Assembly (NCBI GenBank): GCA_902363335.1
Contig: CABIZV010000004.1
Location: 411,941 to 443,940, forward strand
DNA length: 32,000 nucleotides
Origin: Enterobacteriaceae bacterium
GTDB lineage: Bacteria; Pseudomonadota; Gammaproteobacteria; Enterobacterales; Enterobacteriaceae
Reading direction: 5' to 3'
In this document: positions 18,027 through 26,141 of the stretch, in pieces
Numbering within the stretch: the first letter of the stretch is position 1
How the letters are laid out: each line of letters begins with the position of its first letter
The notes under the pieces: model-generated
Told to the model about the DNA's origin: nothing
Databases searched by the model: none
Seen by the model: the letters and a program-made list of their open reading frames with translations, nothing else
Translations under genes and position numbers: made by a program

Positions 18027-20000
18027 CTAAAATCCTTCTAGTAGTTTATTAATTCCGTTACTATCATCATGACGTATCTTATCTAATTCTTCTAGTGCTT
18101 TTCGATATTTGAGTTGCGGCGTTTTATCAAAAGATAATATTCCTGAAATTAACTTTAAATCAAAGCTCTCAGTGCAATTAAAAATATTATCGAAGTTAAC
18201 ATCTATTTTTAATTCATCTGTGTTTTTGATGGCTCGACGAACTTCGCGACCTAGATTTTCATCGTCACTGTTTAATCTATTTTCGCTGTGAAAGTATTCA
18301 GGGTTTCTTGATTTTAGAATGCTAAGAATGTAAGAAATGATAGTTTCATTTCTGGCAATGACGACCCATGTATTTCCAATGTCTGCAAAGGTTGTATTAA
18401 GATAACCATCTTTAGTGTTTAGTTCTTTAAATTCTCGGAAATCGCCGTTAATTAAATTAGAAAGTGTTGCATTCTCTACCCTTTTGGAAAACATGTAAAT
18501 TAATGACCTTCCTGGGAACAGTAGTTCAGCTTTAGAAACAACATCTTTTGGATTGCAGGCTGATTTATTTTGAATGAGTCTATCATATAGGAGGACGTAA
18601 TCTTCGAGTAGTGTTCTTATTACACTTGATCTGAATGTTGAGTAATCAATATCAGCACATAATTCAAATAGGTTTTTATGTCTGATAGATTCTTCAGTTT
18701 GATAAAGCTTAGTTAGTATTCCTCTTTGTCTCTCTTTCGTATCTCTGCAAATAAACATTGCAGCGAAGTACTCCATTAATGACTTATGAGACCATCTAAT
18801 AATTGCACCTTCCTTGACAAATAATGGAACGGTCTCAATTAAATCCTTAATGAATGAGGAAGGCGAAACTCTCATGCCAGGTATTTTTGATACAATATCA
18901 TTTATAATTATTTGCAAATCATCTTTTGTAAATTCAATACGTCCACCCTCCTTAAGACACCAAAAACCTAACCTTCTTAAAATTTGGTGAAAATCGGTAG
19001 AGTCGAGTTTTGAATATTTTTCTCGGACATACCCAAGTTCTTTAGTGAGGTCGTGGGACTCAAATAAAGCATCAAAAACTTGGCTATAAAATAGTTCTTT
19101 TTTACGGGGGATTATTGGTTTGAATTTATAAGCACAAAATAATAGCGAGACATATAAAGGAGTAGATAGGAAATCATCAAAATTACGACCTTCCTCTAAA
19201 CGCAAACCTTTTATTAATTGACTCGATATATAGCCTGTGTTGTCATATCTTCTTATTAAATCATAGGCTTGATATGTATCTAAAGGTCTAATTTTAAAAC
19301 GTGAAAAACCATAAAGTTCAGATAGGAAACTGTCATGACGTGATGTGATTATTATCTTGCTGTTCGGGAAGTTATCAGCAAAGTCTCTTAATAAAGTAAC
19401 AACTGTTGATTTAATATCTTGAGGTATTTCATCAATGCCATCGAAAAGATAAATGAAAGGAATTTCTTTAATGCACTCATTAGAAACACTTTTCCCTAGG
19501 CCAAGAAAATTTTTGATTTGTTCAGATATACTATAATCTTTTATGCGGCGCAACTCTAAATAAATGGGAATGTAATTGGTTTCTTCGATGCAGTACATTG
19601 CTATCCGCTTCATTAGGGTCGACTTACCCATTCCAGCAGAATCGGTGATAAGTATATGATTGAAAGAATTAAGTAAGTCTATTTTGTTATTAATTAGACA
19701 TTCGTAGTTGGACTTTTCGTTATCATGAAATACAGAAATTGGTTCATATATTCTTTTGAGCTCGACAGGTGTATTTTGAAAAGCTAGAGTGTTAACGAGA
19801 GAGCATTGCCCACCCATTCTAGCGAGAAAGAATTCCATTCTCTCATTAAGGAATCGTGCTGCTTTTATATCATCATAGTAACCTTTTATTCGTGAGGAAA
19901 TAATTGGTACGATTTTATTTTTAATTACCTCTTTTGCCCAAGGTAACGATGCAGCTATCATTCCTTCCAATGTTACAGGTTGCATGAGATCTCCTATCAA
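18027..20000 (-). CDS. NACHT/STAND-type NTPase, candidate anti-phage defence protein
   Basis: 657 aa; Walker A ILITDSAGMGKSTLMKR, Walker B IPFIYLFDGIDEI, ITSRHD sensor motif, FLSTPLYVSLLFCAYK and HKSLMEYFAAMFICRD typical of NACHT winged-helix regions. Confidence 0.85.
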   Translation of the reverse strand: MIGDLMQPVTLEGMIAASLPWAKEVIKNKIVPIISSRIKGYYDDIKAARFLNERMEFFLARMGGQCSLVNTLAFQNTPVELKRIYEPISVFHDNEKSNYECLINNKIDLLNSFNHILITDSAGMGKSTLMKRIAMYCIEETNYIPIYLELRRIKDYSISEQIKNFLGLGKSVSNECIKEIPFIYLFDGIDEIPQDIKSTVVTLLRDFADNFPNSKIIITSRHDSFLSELYGFSRFKIRPLDTYQAYDLIRRYDNTGYISSQLIKGLRLEEGRNFDDFLSTPLYVSLLFCAYKFKPIIPRKKELFYSQVFDALFESHDLTKELGYVREKYSKLDSTDFHQILRRLGFWCLKEGGRIEFTKDDLQIIINDIVSKIPGMRVSPSSFIKDLIETVPLFVKEGAIIRWSHKSLMEYFAAMFICRDTKERQRGILTKLYQTEESIRHKNLFELCADIDYSTFRSSVIRTLLEDYVLLYDRLIQNKSACNPKDVVSKAELLFPGRSLIYMFSKRVENATLSNLINGDFREFKELNTKDGYLNTTFADIGNTWVVIARNETIISYILSILKSRNPEYFHSENRLNSDDENLGREVRRAIKNTDELKIDVNFDNIFNCTESFDLKLISGILSFDKTPQLKYRKALEELDKIRHDDSNGINKLLEGF

Positions 20001-20004
20001 TATT

Positions 20005-21192
20005 TCAATTGTGGACTTTAAGTCCCCACCAATTCATTAGTTCTATTCTTGCATTTAAATATGTTGAGCGATTATAAGCTTTACGAACCTCGTTGTTATC
20101 CGAATGAGCTAACGCAGCTTCTACTACGTCACTGTTGAATCCCGCCTCATTCATAGCCGTGCTTGCTATGGATCGCAATCCATGGGCAACTAGTTTCCCA
20201 CCATAACCAATGCGCTTAAGTGCGGCATTGGCAGTCTGGCTATTCATTGGTTGTTTAGGGTCATTTCTGCTAGGAAAAACATGTTCTCGATGGGCGCTGA
20301 TTGGCTTCATTACTTCCAAAATTTCTAATGCTTGGGGAGATAAAGGTACGGTGTGCTCTCGTTTAGCCTTCATCCGTTCGGCTGGAATCGTCCAGAGCTT
20401 TGCATCGAGATCGATCTCTACCCATCTAGTACCGGAGGCCTCAGAAGGGCGCACGAGGGTTAGGAGCTGCCATTCAATTAGGCAGCGAGTCGAAACTGAG
20501 AGATTCGACATCACCAAAGAACGCATGAGTTTTGGTAATTCTTCTGGTCGTAGCGTTGGCATGTTTTGCTTTTTGGGTTTTTCAAATGCCATACCAATAC
20601 CTGACGCTGGGTTGGCATCAATCAAACCGGTGTTAACCGCATAAATCATTATCTCGTTAATACGCTGCACCAGTCGGCGTACTGTCTCGAGTGCTCCACG
20701 TGCTTTGATTGGTTCAAGGGCTTCAACCAGTGTTCGGGCTTTGATTTGCTGGACAGGAATCTCACCGATGGCAGGGAATACGTCTTTTTCGAGTGAGCGC
20801 CATATATCTTTAGCGTAATCAGGGGTAACGCTTTTGCTTTTGAGCCTGAACCAGTTAGCGGCGACAGTCGAAAAAATACTGTCCAGAGCGATTTGCTGCT
20901 GTTCCTCTGCAACTTCGGCCTGAATTTGCGGGTCGATTCCGTTGGCTAATAAGGCGAGGTAATCCGCTCTTAGCCCTCGGGCATCAGCAAGCGAAAGGGC
21001 AGGGAAGGCTCCGAGCCCCATCATTGTCCGCTGCTTTGTTGCCGGACGTTGATAACGGAAACGCCAGAGCTTTTTCCCACTGGTTTTCACTATCAGGAAA
21101 AGCCCATCGCCATCATGCAGCGTTAGATCCTTCTCTAATGCTTTAGCGCGCAGAACTTCAGTGTTGGTCAGGGGGCGTGTTGTCCGTGCCAC
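20005..21192 (-). CDS. int: P4-type tyrosine integrase
   Basis: 395 aa; DUF4102-like N-terminus (LHDGDGLFLIVKTSGKKLWRFRYQRP), catalytic R (VRPSEASGTRW), HGLRSIAST and YNRSTYLNARIELMNWW. Confidence 0.93.
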   Translation of the reverse strand: MARTTRPLTNTEVLRAKALEKDLTLHDGDGLFLIVKTSGKKLWRFRYQRPATKQRTMMGLGAFPALSLADARGLRADYLALLANGIDPQIQAEVAEEQQQIALDSIFSTVAANWFRLKSKSVTPDYAKDIWRSLEKDVFPAIGEIPVQQIKARTLVEALEPIKARGALETVRRLVQRINEIMIYAVNTGLIDANPASGIGMAFEKPKKQNMPTLRPEELPKLMRSLVMSNLSVSTRCLIEWQLLTLVRPSEASGTRWVEIDLDAKLWTIPAERMKAKREHTVPLSPQALEILEVMKPISAHREHVFPSRNDPKQPMNSQTANAALKRIGYGGKLVAHGLRSIASTAMNEAGFNSDVVEAALAHSDNNEVRKAYNRSTYLNARIELMNWWGLKVHN

Positions 21193-21210
21193 TGTGGCCG
21201 CTCCTTCGTG

Positions 21211-21266
21211 AATTGGTATACGTTTTTAGGTCTACATCTTACCGTATACCTAAACGTATACCAATT
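21211..21266. repeat. Integrase arm-type sites/inverted repeat upstream of int (attR side)
   Basis: aattggtatacgttt (21211-21225) is inverted relative to aacgtataccaatt (ending 21266); the second arm is shared with the left end. Confidence 0.6.
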
Positions 21267-21317
21267 ATCACTGGATTCAGGCGGATCATCTCGGATGATC
21301 ATGGACAAATAACAGAT

Positions 21318-21411
21318 ACAAAAAAGCCCGCAAGGCTTACGCTTAGCGGGCTTTCAGGACTTCCTCGGACGACTCTGGTAATCGTTGAGGGAGAATTTTG
21401 GTGGGCTGGGG
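21318..21411 (+). repeat. Right long direct repeat including the 22-bp att core at 21390-21411
   Basis: Partner of 9553-9646, located upstream of the integrase gene. Confidence 0.85.
21322..21351 (-). terminator. Hairpin plus T-tract on minus strand
   Basis: Reverse complement reads aagcccgc-taagcgtaagcctt-gcgggctttttt; a diverged copy is at 9557-9586. Confidence 0.6.
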
Positions 21412-21694
21412 TCCCTGTAATTAGCCATTCATTCCATTGATTTTTAATGTTATTTATACTATGAATTTTATGTGTGGTTCTAAAAAGGAACCATAAATCG
21501 TAATGGTATGGGTTATCACGATTAGCGGATTGGAGAATTGTATCAAAAGGAAACAAATTCTTCAGTTCAACTCCCTGCTAGTAGCTGAACTGCGCAAGCA
21601 GGATCTGCTTTTCACCGATTAGTGAATGCGGTAGTTTTTCAGCGAAACTGAATTCTATCCGTAGGGCAGTACCAGCATAGGTGGAGAATGGATT

Positions 21695-22540
21695 TTGAAC
21701 AACTGGTCACCAGAGCACACAAAAGACATCAAGAGTTGGTTTAAGATTGATACATATCGCAAATTTGAAGACCTCTCATTGCTCCAGTTTTACCATGAGA
21801 TATGGGCTCGTAACTTGTTCTTTAAGGAGTATCGGGAAGAGTTTGAGAGCAGAACTCTTATGGGTTACTTCTCAAAAATTTTCAGTGGCAATCCTTTTTT
21901 AATTGAAGAAGGGCAACTGGGATACATGACTCCTGCCAATAAACTTTTTCAGCCTCCCCATTTTTTTCTAACAACTCTTGATCGCCTTGCTGAAACGAGC
22001 ATCATTGCTATGCAACGCGGAGGTTTTGTTTGGGATGGTGATGACAATTATTCAATAAACAGAGATCTTCGGGAAGAATCACTTTCAGATATTATGCCAG
22101 ATCAGTTTTCACGAACAGTCATGTTCGAGATTGATTTGGCAAGTGGCACAGACGAAGAGATTGCAGAGTCGCTTAAAGCTGCATTACCGCAGTGGCGTAA
22201 AATCAAAAGTATCGAACCAGATCCTTTAGAATCAGTTCGCTTTGGGTATGGAACTATCAAGAAACTCATCAGTTATCGTGTGATACCTATGCTGGATATC
22301 CTGGTGTGGGCAGCCGTTAAAAAAATCCGTGTCTCTGACGACAGGTTATCCAGACTGCTATATACAGACGATGACGAAGAAAGCGAAATGAGGCAGTCTA
22401 GCCAAATCAAAGATACCGACAGGCCTTTGGCTCTTAAATCCTGCACAACTGACTTTATCCGACAATTCCATTACTTCATGAACAAAAATAGCCATTTGAA
22501 GCAAATGAAAGTCTCTGATGTAATGAAACTATCTGATTAG
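21695..22540 (+). CDS. Uncharacterised protein, DUF6387-like
   Basis: 281 aa intact ORF; WFKIDTYRKFEDLSLLQFYHEIWARNLFFKE is reminiscent of DUF6387 proteins often found next to AlpA regulators. Confidence 0.5.
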   Translation: MNNWSPEHTKDIKSWFKIDTYRKFEDLSLLQFYHEIWARNLFFKEYREEFESRTLMGYFSKIFSGNPFLIEEGQLGYMTPANKLFQPPHFFLTTLDRLAETSIIAMQRGGFVWDGDDNYSINRDLREESLSDIMPDQFSRTVMFEIDLASGTDEEIAESLKAALPQWRKIKSIEPDPLESVRFGYGTIKKLISYRVIPMLDILVWAAVKKIRVSDDRLSRLLYTDDDEESEMRQSSQIKDTDRPLALKSCTTDFIRQFHYFMNKNSHLKQMKVSDVMKLSD

Positions 22541-22586
22541 AATTACATTTATAACTATTTGTTTTAATTGTTAAAATTAACTAAAG

Positions 22587-22610
22587 GCATCATTGTGAAT
22601 GGTGCTTTTT
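22587..22610 (+). terminator. Rho-independent terminator after the DUF6387-like gene
   Basis: gcatcatt-gtg-aatggtgc stem (one G-T pair) followed by a T-tract, about 45 bp after the stop codon. Confidence 0.65.
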
Positions 22611-22820
22611 TTTGCGATTTTTACTTTAAACCGGGCATTTTGACACTTGCTATAAAACGGGGGAATTTCAGCTACTCTCAAGTTCCCCTTTTCTGTACGG
22701 CACCAACTTCGAGAAAAACATCCTGCATAGCTACGAAGAACCTCCGCTTCAGGAGCTTCGCTCTTTTCTTTTCCCAACTGTTCGTATAGTGACTTCACCG
22801 CAACGACAAGGGATAACGAA

Positions 22821-23027
22821 ATGAAAAATCAAGCAACCCGCCTAATACGATTACCAGAAGTTCTCGAACGAACTGGCTACGGAAAAGCCTGGATATATCG
22901 TCTGATCAACGATGGTAAGTTTCCTGCTCCTGTCAAAATTGGAAGTCGTGCAGTAGCTTTCGTTGAAAGTGAGATTGATACCTGGATTCAGTCTGTTATC
23001 GAAACAAGTCGAAATAATGTTGCTTAA
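22821..23027 (+). CDS. AlpA family transcriptional regulator
   Basis: 68 aa; TRLIRLPEVLERTGYGKAWIYRLINDGKFPAPVKIGSRAVAFVESEIDTWIQ. Confidence 0.9.
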   Translation: MKNQATRLIRLPEVLERTGYGKAWIYRLINDGKFPAPVKIGSRAVAFVESEIDTWIQSVIETSRNNVA

Positions 23028-23047
23028 TTGAACTTAGGAGTGATTTT

Positions 23048-23347
23048 ATGAATATCGAAGAATTTGTAAGCGAAGAAAACCATATGTGCAATTTATGCGG
23101 AGATCTTTTTTACAAGATCTTTGACCAAGAAGTGATTTATGACTTACCTAATAACGAGTTTAATAAAGAAATCATTTACTGGCTCAGTCAGTACCTTGTA
23201 GGAAATCTGAGAGAACCTTTAGACTCGATCTCTGAGCTTAATGCTTGCAAACAGATATATGTTTACGAGACCTGGTTATCTCTAATTAAATGTCCTGATG
23301 AATTGAAACTCCTAGCGAAGCGGATAATTTTATATCTAATGGATTAA
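23048..23347 (+). CDS. Small hypothetical protein
   Basis: 99 aa ORF 21 bp downstream of the alpA-like gene, RBS-like ggag upstream; contains CNLCGD. Confidence 0.5.
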   Translation: MNIEEFVSEENHMCNLCGDLFYKIFDQEVIYDLPNNEFNKEIIYWLSQYLVGNLREPLDSISELNACKQIYVYETWLSLIKCPDELKLLAKRIILYLMD

Positions 23348-23641
23348 GAGCTTTTTATGAAAATGTAAAGTTTGCTGCATAATTTATCTTAAAACTTTAC
23401 AGAATAACTTACATTATTTTGGTTGCCGTTTATTAGCAAGGCAGTGAGATAGTTTTCGAAGTATTAGGTGTACATAATAATAACTAGATCTACCAGATGA
23501 TAATTTGACAGGAATAAACATATATCTCACTGTTTTAATTTAACTAAATGGCTTAATCAATTCAAATAAATTTGTAAATCTACGAAATGCTTATTATTAA
23601 TATATTGGAATTATACTTTTTGTAAAGTTTAGGAGGAAAAT

Positions 23642-24844
23642 ATGTGCAGTATTTGTGTGGATTCTTTTATGTTCGAAAATGGTGAGAGATATTGTCATGT
23701 TGTAAATAAAGATACTGGTGAGCCATTGTATTATCCAAACTTGTATATAACAACACAAGTCAGGAATCGGTCAGAGTCTATATCAACAATGAAGGTTATC
23801 GCTGGGAGCATTTCATTGTTATATCGATTCTTTATGAGAAAAAATATCAATATTGATGAAAGAATTCAGAAAAGGATATTTCTGGCTCCTCATGAAATTG
23901 AAGATTTGATCGAATTCACTTCATTCAATTTTCGAGATGGCGAGAATGATAATTTTAGAAGTTCAAATGTCAAAAAACCAACTAAGTACTTTCGGATAAC
24001 AACCATAGCTAACTATCTGGAATGGCTGTGCAAAATACATCTTTCTCATACAGGACAGAAGGATACTCTCAAATATATTTTAGATTTCATAAACAACATA
24101 AAACGAAAGAAACCGAGAAATAATGATAAATATAATATGGATATAGAAAAAAGTTTAAATAATGAACAATTGGATTCTTTGTTTAGCATTCTTGCACCGG
24201 GTAGCAAATTAAATCCTTTTTCAGAAAAAGTGCAAAAAAGAAACAATCTAATATTCCTGCTATTACACTGCTTTGGCCTGAGAGCAGGTGAACTTTTGAA
24301 TCTGCGAATTGGTGATATAGATTTTGCAGAATCGACAATTGCAATAAGAAGAAGAGCAAATGATAAAACAGATCCGCGAGTGTATCAGCCTTTAGTTAAA
24401 ACTTGTGAGAGGAAATTAATTGCTGATAAAAAGCTCATGTTTGAAATTTCAGATTATATTCTGAATGATCGAAGAAACATAAAAAATTCTAACAAACATG
24501 ATTTCCTGTTTATTACTTATAAGGAAGGAAAAACTCAAGGGCAACCTATTTCATTTTCTTCATATCACAAAGTGGTGAGTGTTGTTCGTCAATCCTCCTC
24601 ACTTCTAGGGGGATTGACAGGTCACAAACTCAGACATACATGGAATTATGAGTTTTCGAAAGCAATAGACAAGAATCAGGACATATCCGATGAAAAAGAG
24701 CAACAAATCCGTTCTTATCTCATGGGATGGCGACCGGGTTCAGAAACTTCAATGATTTATAATCGCAGGCATATTTATGAGCTATCGAAAAAAACTGCAC
24801 TTGAACAACAAGAGCAACTATTCAAAGGAGAATTTGATGAATAA
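23642..24844 (+). CDS. Tyrosine recombinase A of a recombinase trio
   Basis: 400 aa; HCFGLRAGELLNLRIGDI, LTGHKLRHTWNYEFSKA, LMGWRPGSETSMIYNRRHI: complete R...HxLRH...W...Y set; strong RBS aggagg. Confidence 0.88.
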   Translation: MCSICVDSFMFENGERYCHVVNKDTGEPLYYPNLYITTQVRNRSESISTMKVIAGSISLLYRFFMRKNINIDERIQKRIFLAPHEIEDLIEFTSFNFRDGENDNFRSSNVKKPTKYFRITTIANYLEWLCKIHLSHTGQKDTLKYILDFINNIKRKKPRNNDKYNMDIEKSLNNEQLDSLFSILAPGSKLNPFSEKVQKRNNLIFLLLHCFGLRAGELLNLRIGDIDFAESTIAIRRRANDKTDPRVYQPLVKTCERKLIADKKLMFEISDYILNDRRNIKNSNKHDFLFITYKEGKTQGQPISFSSYHKVVSVVRQSSSLLGGLTGHKLRHTWNYEFSKAIDKNQDISDEKEQQIRSYLMGWRPGSETSMIYNRRHIYELSKKTALEQQEQLFKGEFDE

Positions 24845-26141
24845 TTTAATTAAAAATAAATCTGATAAAATGTCTTTGCATGAACATAAAATCGTCAGTT
24901 CGATTGAAAATAACGGAATCAATCTTACAAACTTAATATATGCTATGAACGAAAATTTGGTTTGTGGGTTTGTATATACAGTACAATATTATTTTAATAG
25001 CAACAGCTATTTGTATGTGAAAAATATTGTTAGAAATATGGAGAGTCTTATCCGTAAACTATCTCCTACTCATATTGATGATAAGGTTCTAATTGAATAT
25101 CAAAATAAGAAATTATCAAAAGCCTCAGCATCATTTCGCGTTTTACGACCATTTTTGATTAAATGGTTTGAGTTAGGATATCCGGGAATAGATGAAAGTG
25201 CGGTAGAACTGTTAAAGCATTTGGACCTAAAAATAAAAAAATCTGGTCAGTCTGTGCTTCAAGATGATCCAACAGAGGGACCATTAAATAAAGAAGAACA
25301 TACTTCTTTGATTAAGGCTATGAATCATGCATATAGAAAAGGTGAACTGTCACTGCCACATTATGCAATATCACTATTGATCAGTCTTACAGGTAGAAGA
25401 CCTCAGCAGTTAGTTATGTTGAAATATAAAGACCTTCTTCAAAAGAACTTAGATAATGGCAAAGTAGAATATGTAATTTCAGTGCCACGAGTAAAACAAC
25501 GGGGTAAAGAACTACGATATCGAGAACTTGCAATAATATCAGAGGTTGCATCAATTGTTCAATTGCAAGCTAATCAATCAGTGAAACTTGTTGAGCAAGC
25601 TCTTGGAAAAACTCTTGATGATTATTCTAAACGAGAAGTTCCTATTTTCTTAAATGAGGAAAAACTCTCAGATTTATCCATAACAGGTTCAATTCTTCTG
25701 GAATATAATAAATTATATGCGAAGCCTACAATTGCTAATGTAGCATTGAAAAGTATTGTTAATAATGGGAATGTAATATCCAACCGTACCGGTTCGATAC
25801 TAAATATTACTCCTCGTAGGCTTCGTTATACAATAGCAACTATGCTGGCTAAGAATGGGCATAATGTTAATACTATAGCTGAATTATTGGATCATTCATC
25901 TACTTCAAGTGCGGGGATTTATATTAAAAATCATGCTGACAGTGTTGAAAGGATTGATTCCGCTGTTTCAGAACAATTGTCATTTGTCGCTGATATTTTT
26001 ATGAACGGAATCAAATCGAAAAAGAGTAGTCATTTCAAATTTTTTTCTTCAAGTAGATGCCAGAGTCAGAATTCAGGATTTCCTTGCAATCAATGTATGT
26101 TTTTTATTCCGATTGATCGCAGTGAGGTGAATCAACTATGA
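24837..26141 (+). CDS. Tyrosine recombinase B of a recombinase trio
   Basis: Starts at an ATG overlapping the upstream stop by 8 bp; LISLTGRRPQQLVMLKYKDL, ITPRRLRYTIATMLAKNGHN, IAELLDHSSTSSAGIYIKNH. The HxxRH box is diverged to RRLRY. Confidence 0.82.
   Translation: MNNLIKNKSDKMSLHEHKIVSSIENNGINLTNLIYAMNENLVCGFVYTVQYYFNSNSYLYVKNIVRNMESLIRKLSPTHIDDKVLIEYQNKKLSKASASFRVLRPFLIKWFELGYPGIDESAVELLKHLDLKIKKSGQSVLQDDPTEGPLNKEEHTSLIKAMNHAYRKGELSLPHYAISLLISLTGRRPQQLVMLKYKDLLQKNLDNGKVEYVISVPRVKQRGKELRYRELAIISEVASIVQLQANQSVKLVEQALGKTLDDYSKREVPIFLNEEKLSDLSITGSILLEYNKLYAKPTIANVALKSIVNNGNVISNRTGSILNITPRRLRYTIATMLAKNGHNVNTIAELLDHSSTSSAGIYIKNHADSVERIDSAVSEQLSFVADIFMNGIKSKKSSHFKFFSSSRCQSQNSGFPCNQCMFFIPIDRSEVNQL

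Larger units (their letters stand above)
9625..21411. mobile_element. P4-type phage satellite (about 11.8 kb)
   Basis: Bounded by identical 22-bp repeats (ggagaattttggtgggctgggg at 9625-9646 and 21390-21411). Contains integrase, cos-like site, psu, ogr/delta, sid, AlpA, Ash, cnr-like, alpha and ori/crr-type iterons in P4 order. Confidence 0.9.

Noticed and set aside
22568-22798. Overlapping opposite ORFs (22568..22789 + and 22577..22798 -)
   Set aside because: Neither has a recognisable domain, they are mutual antisense readings, and they start inside the terminator region after the DUF6387-like gene. Kept as non-coding pending evidence.
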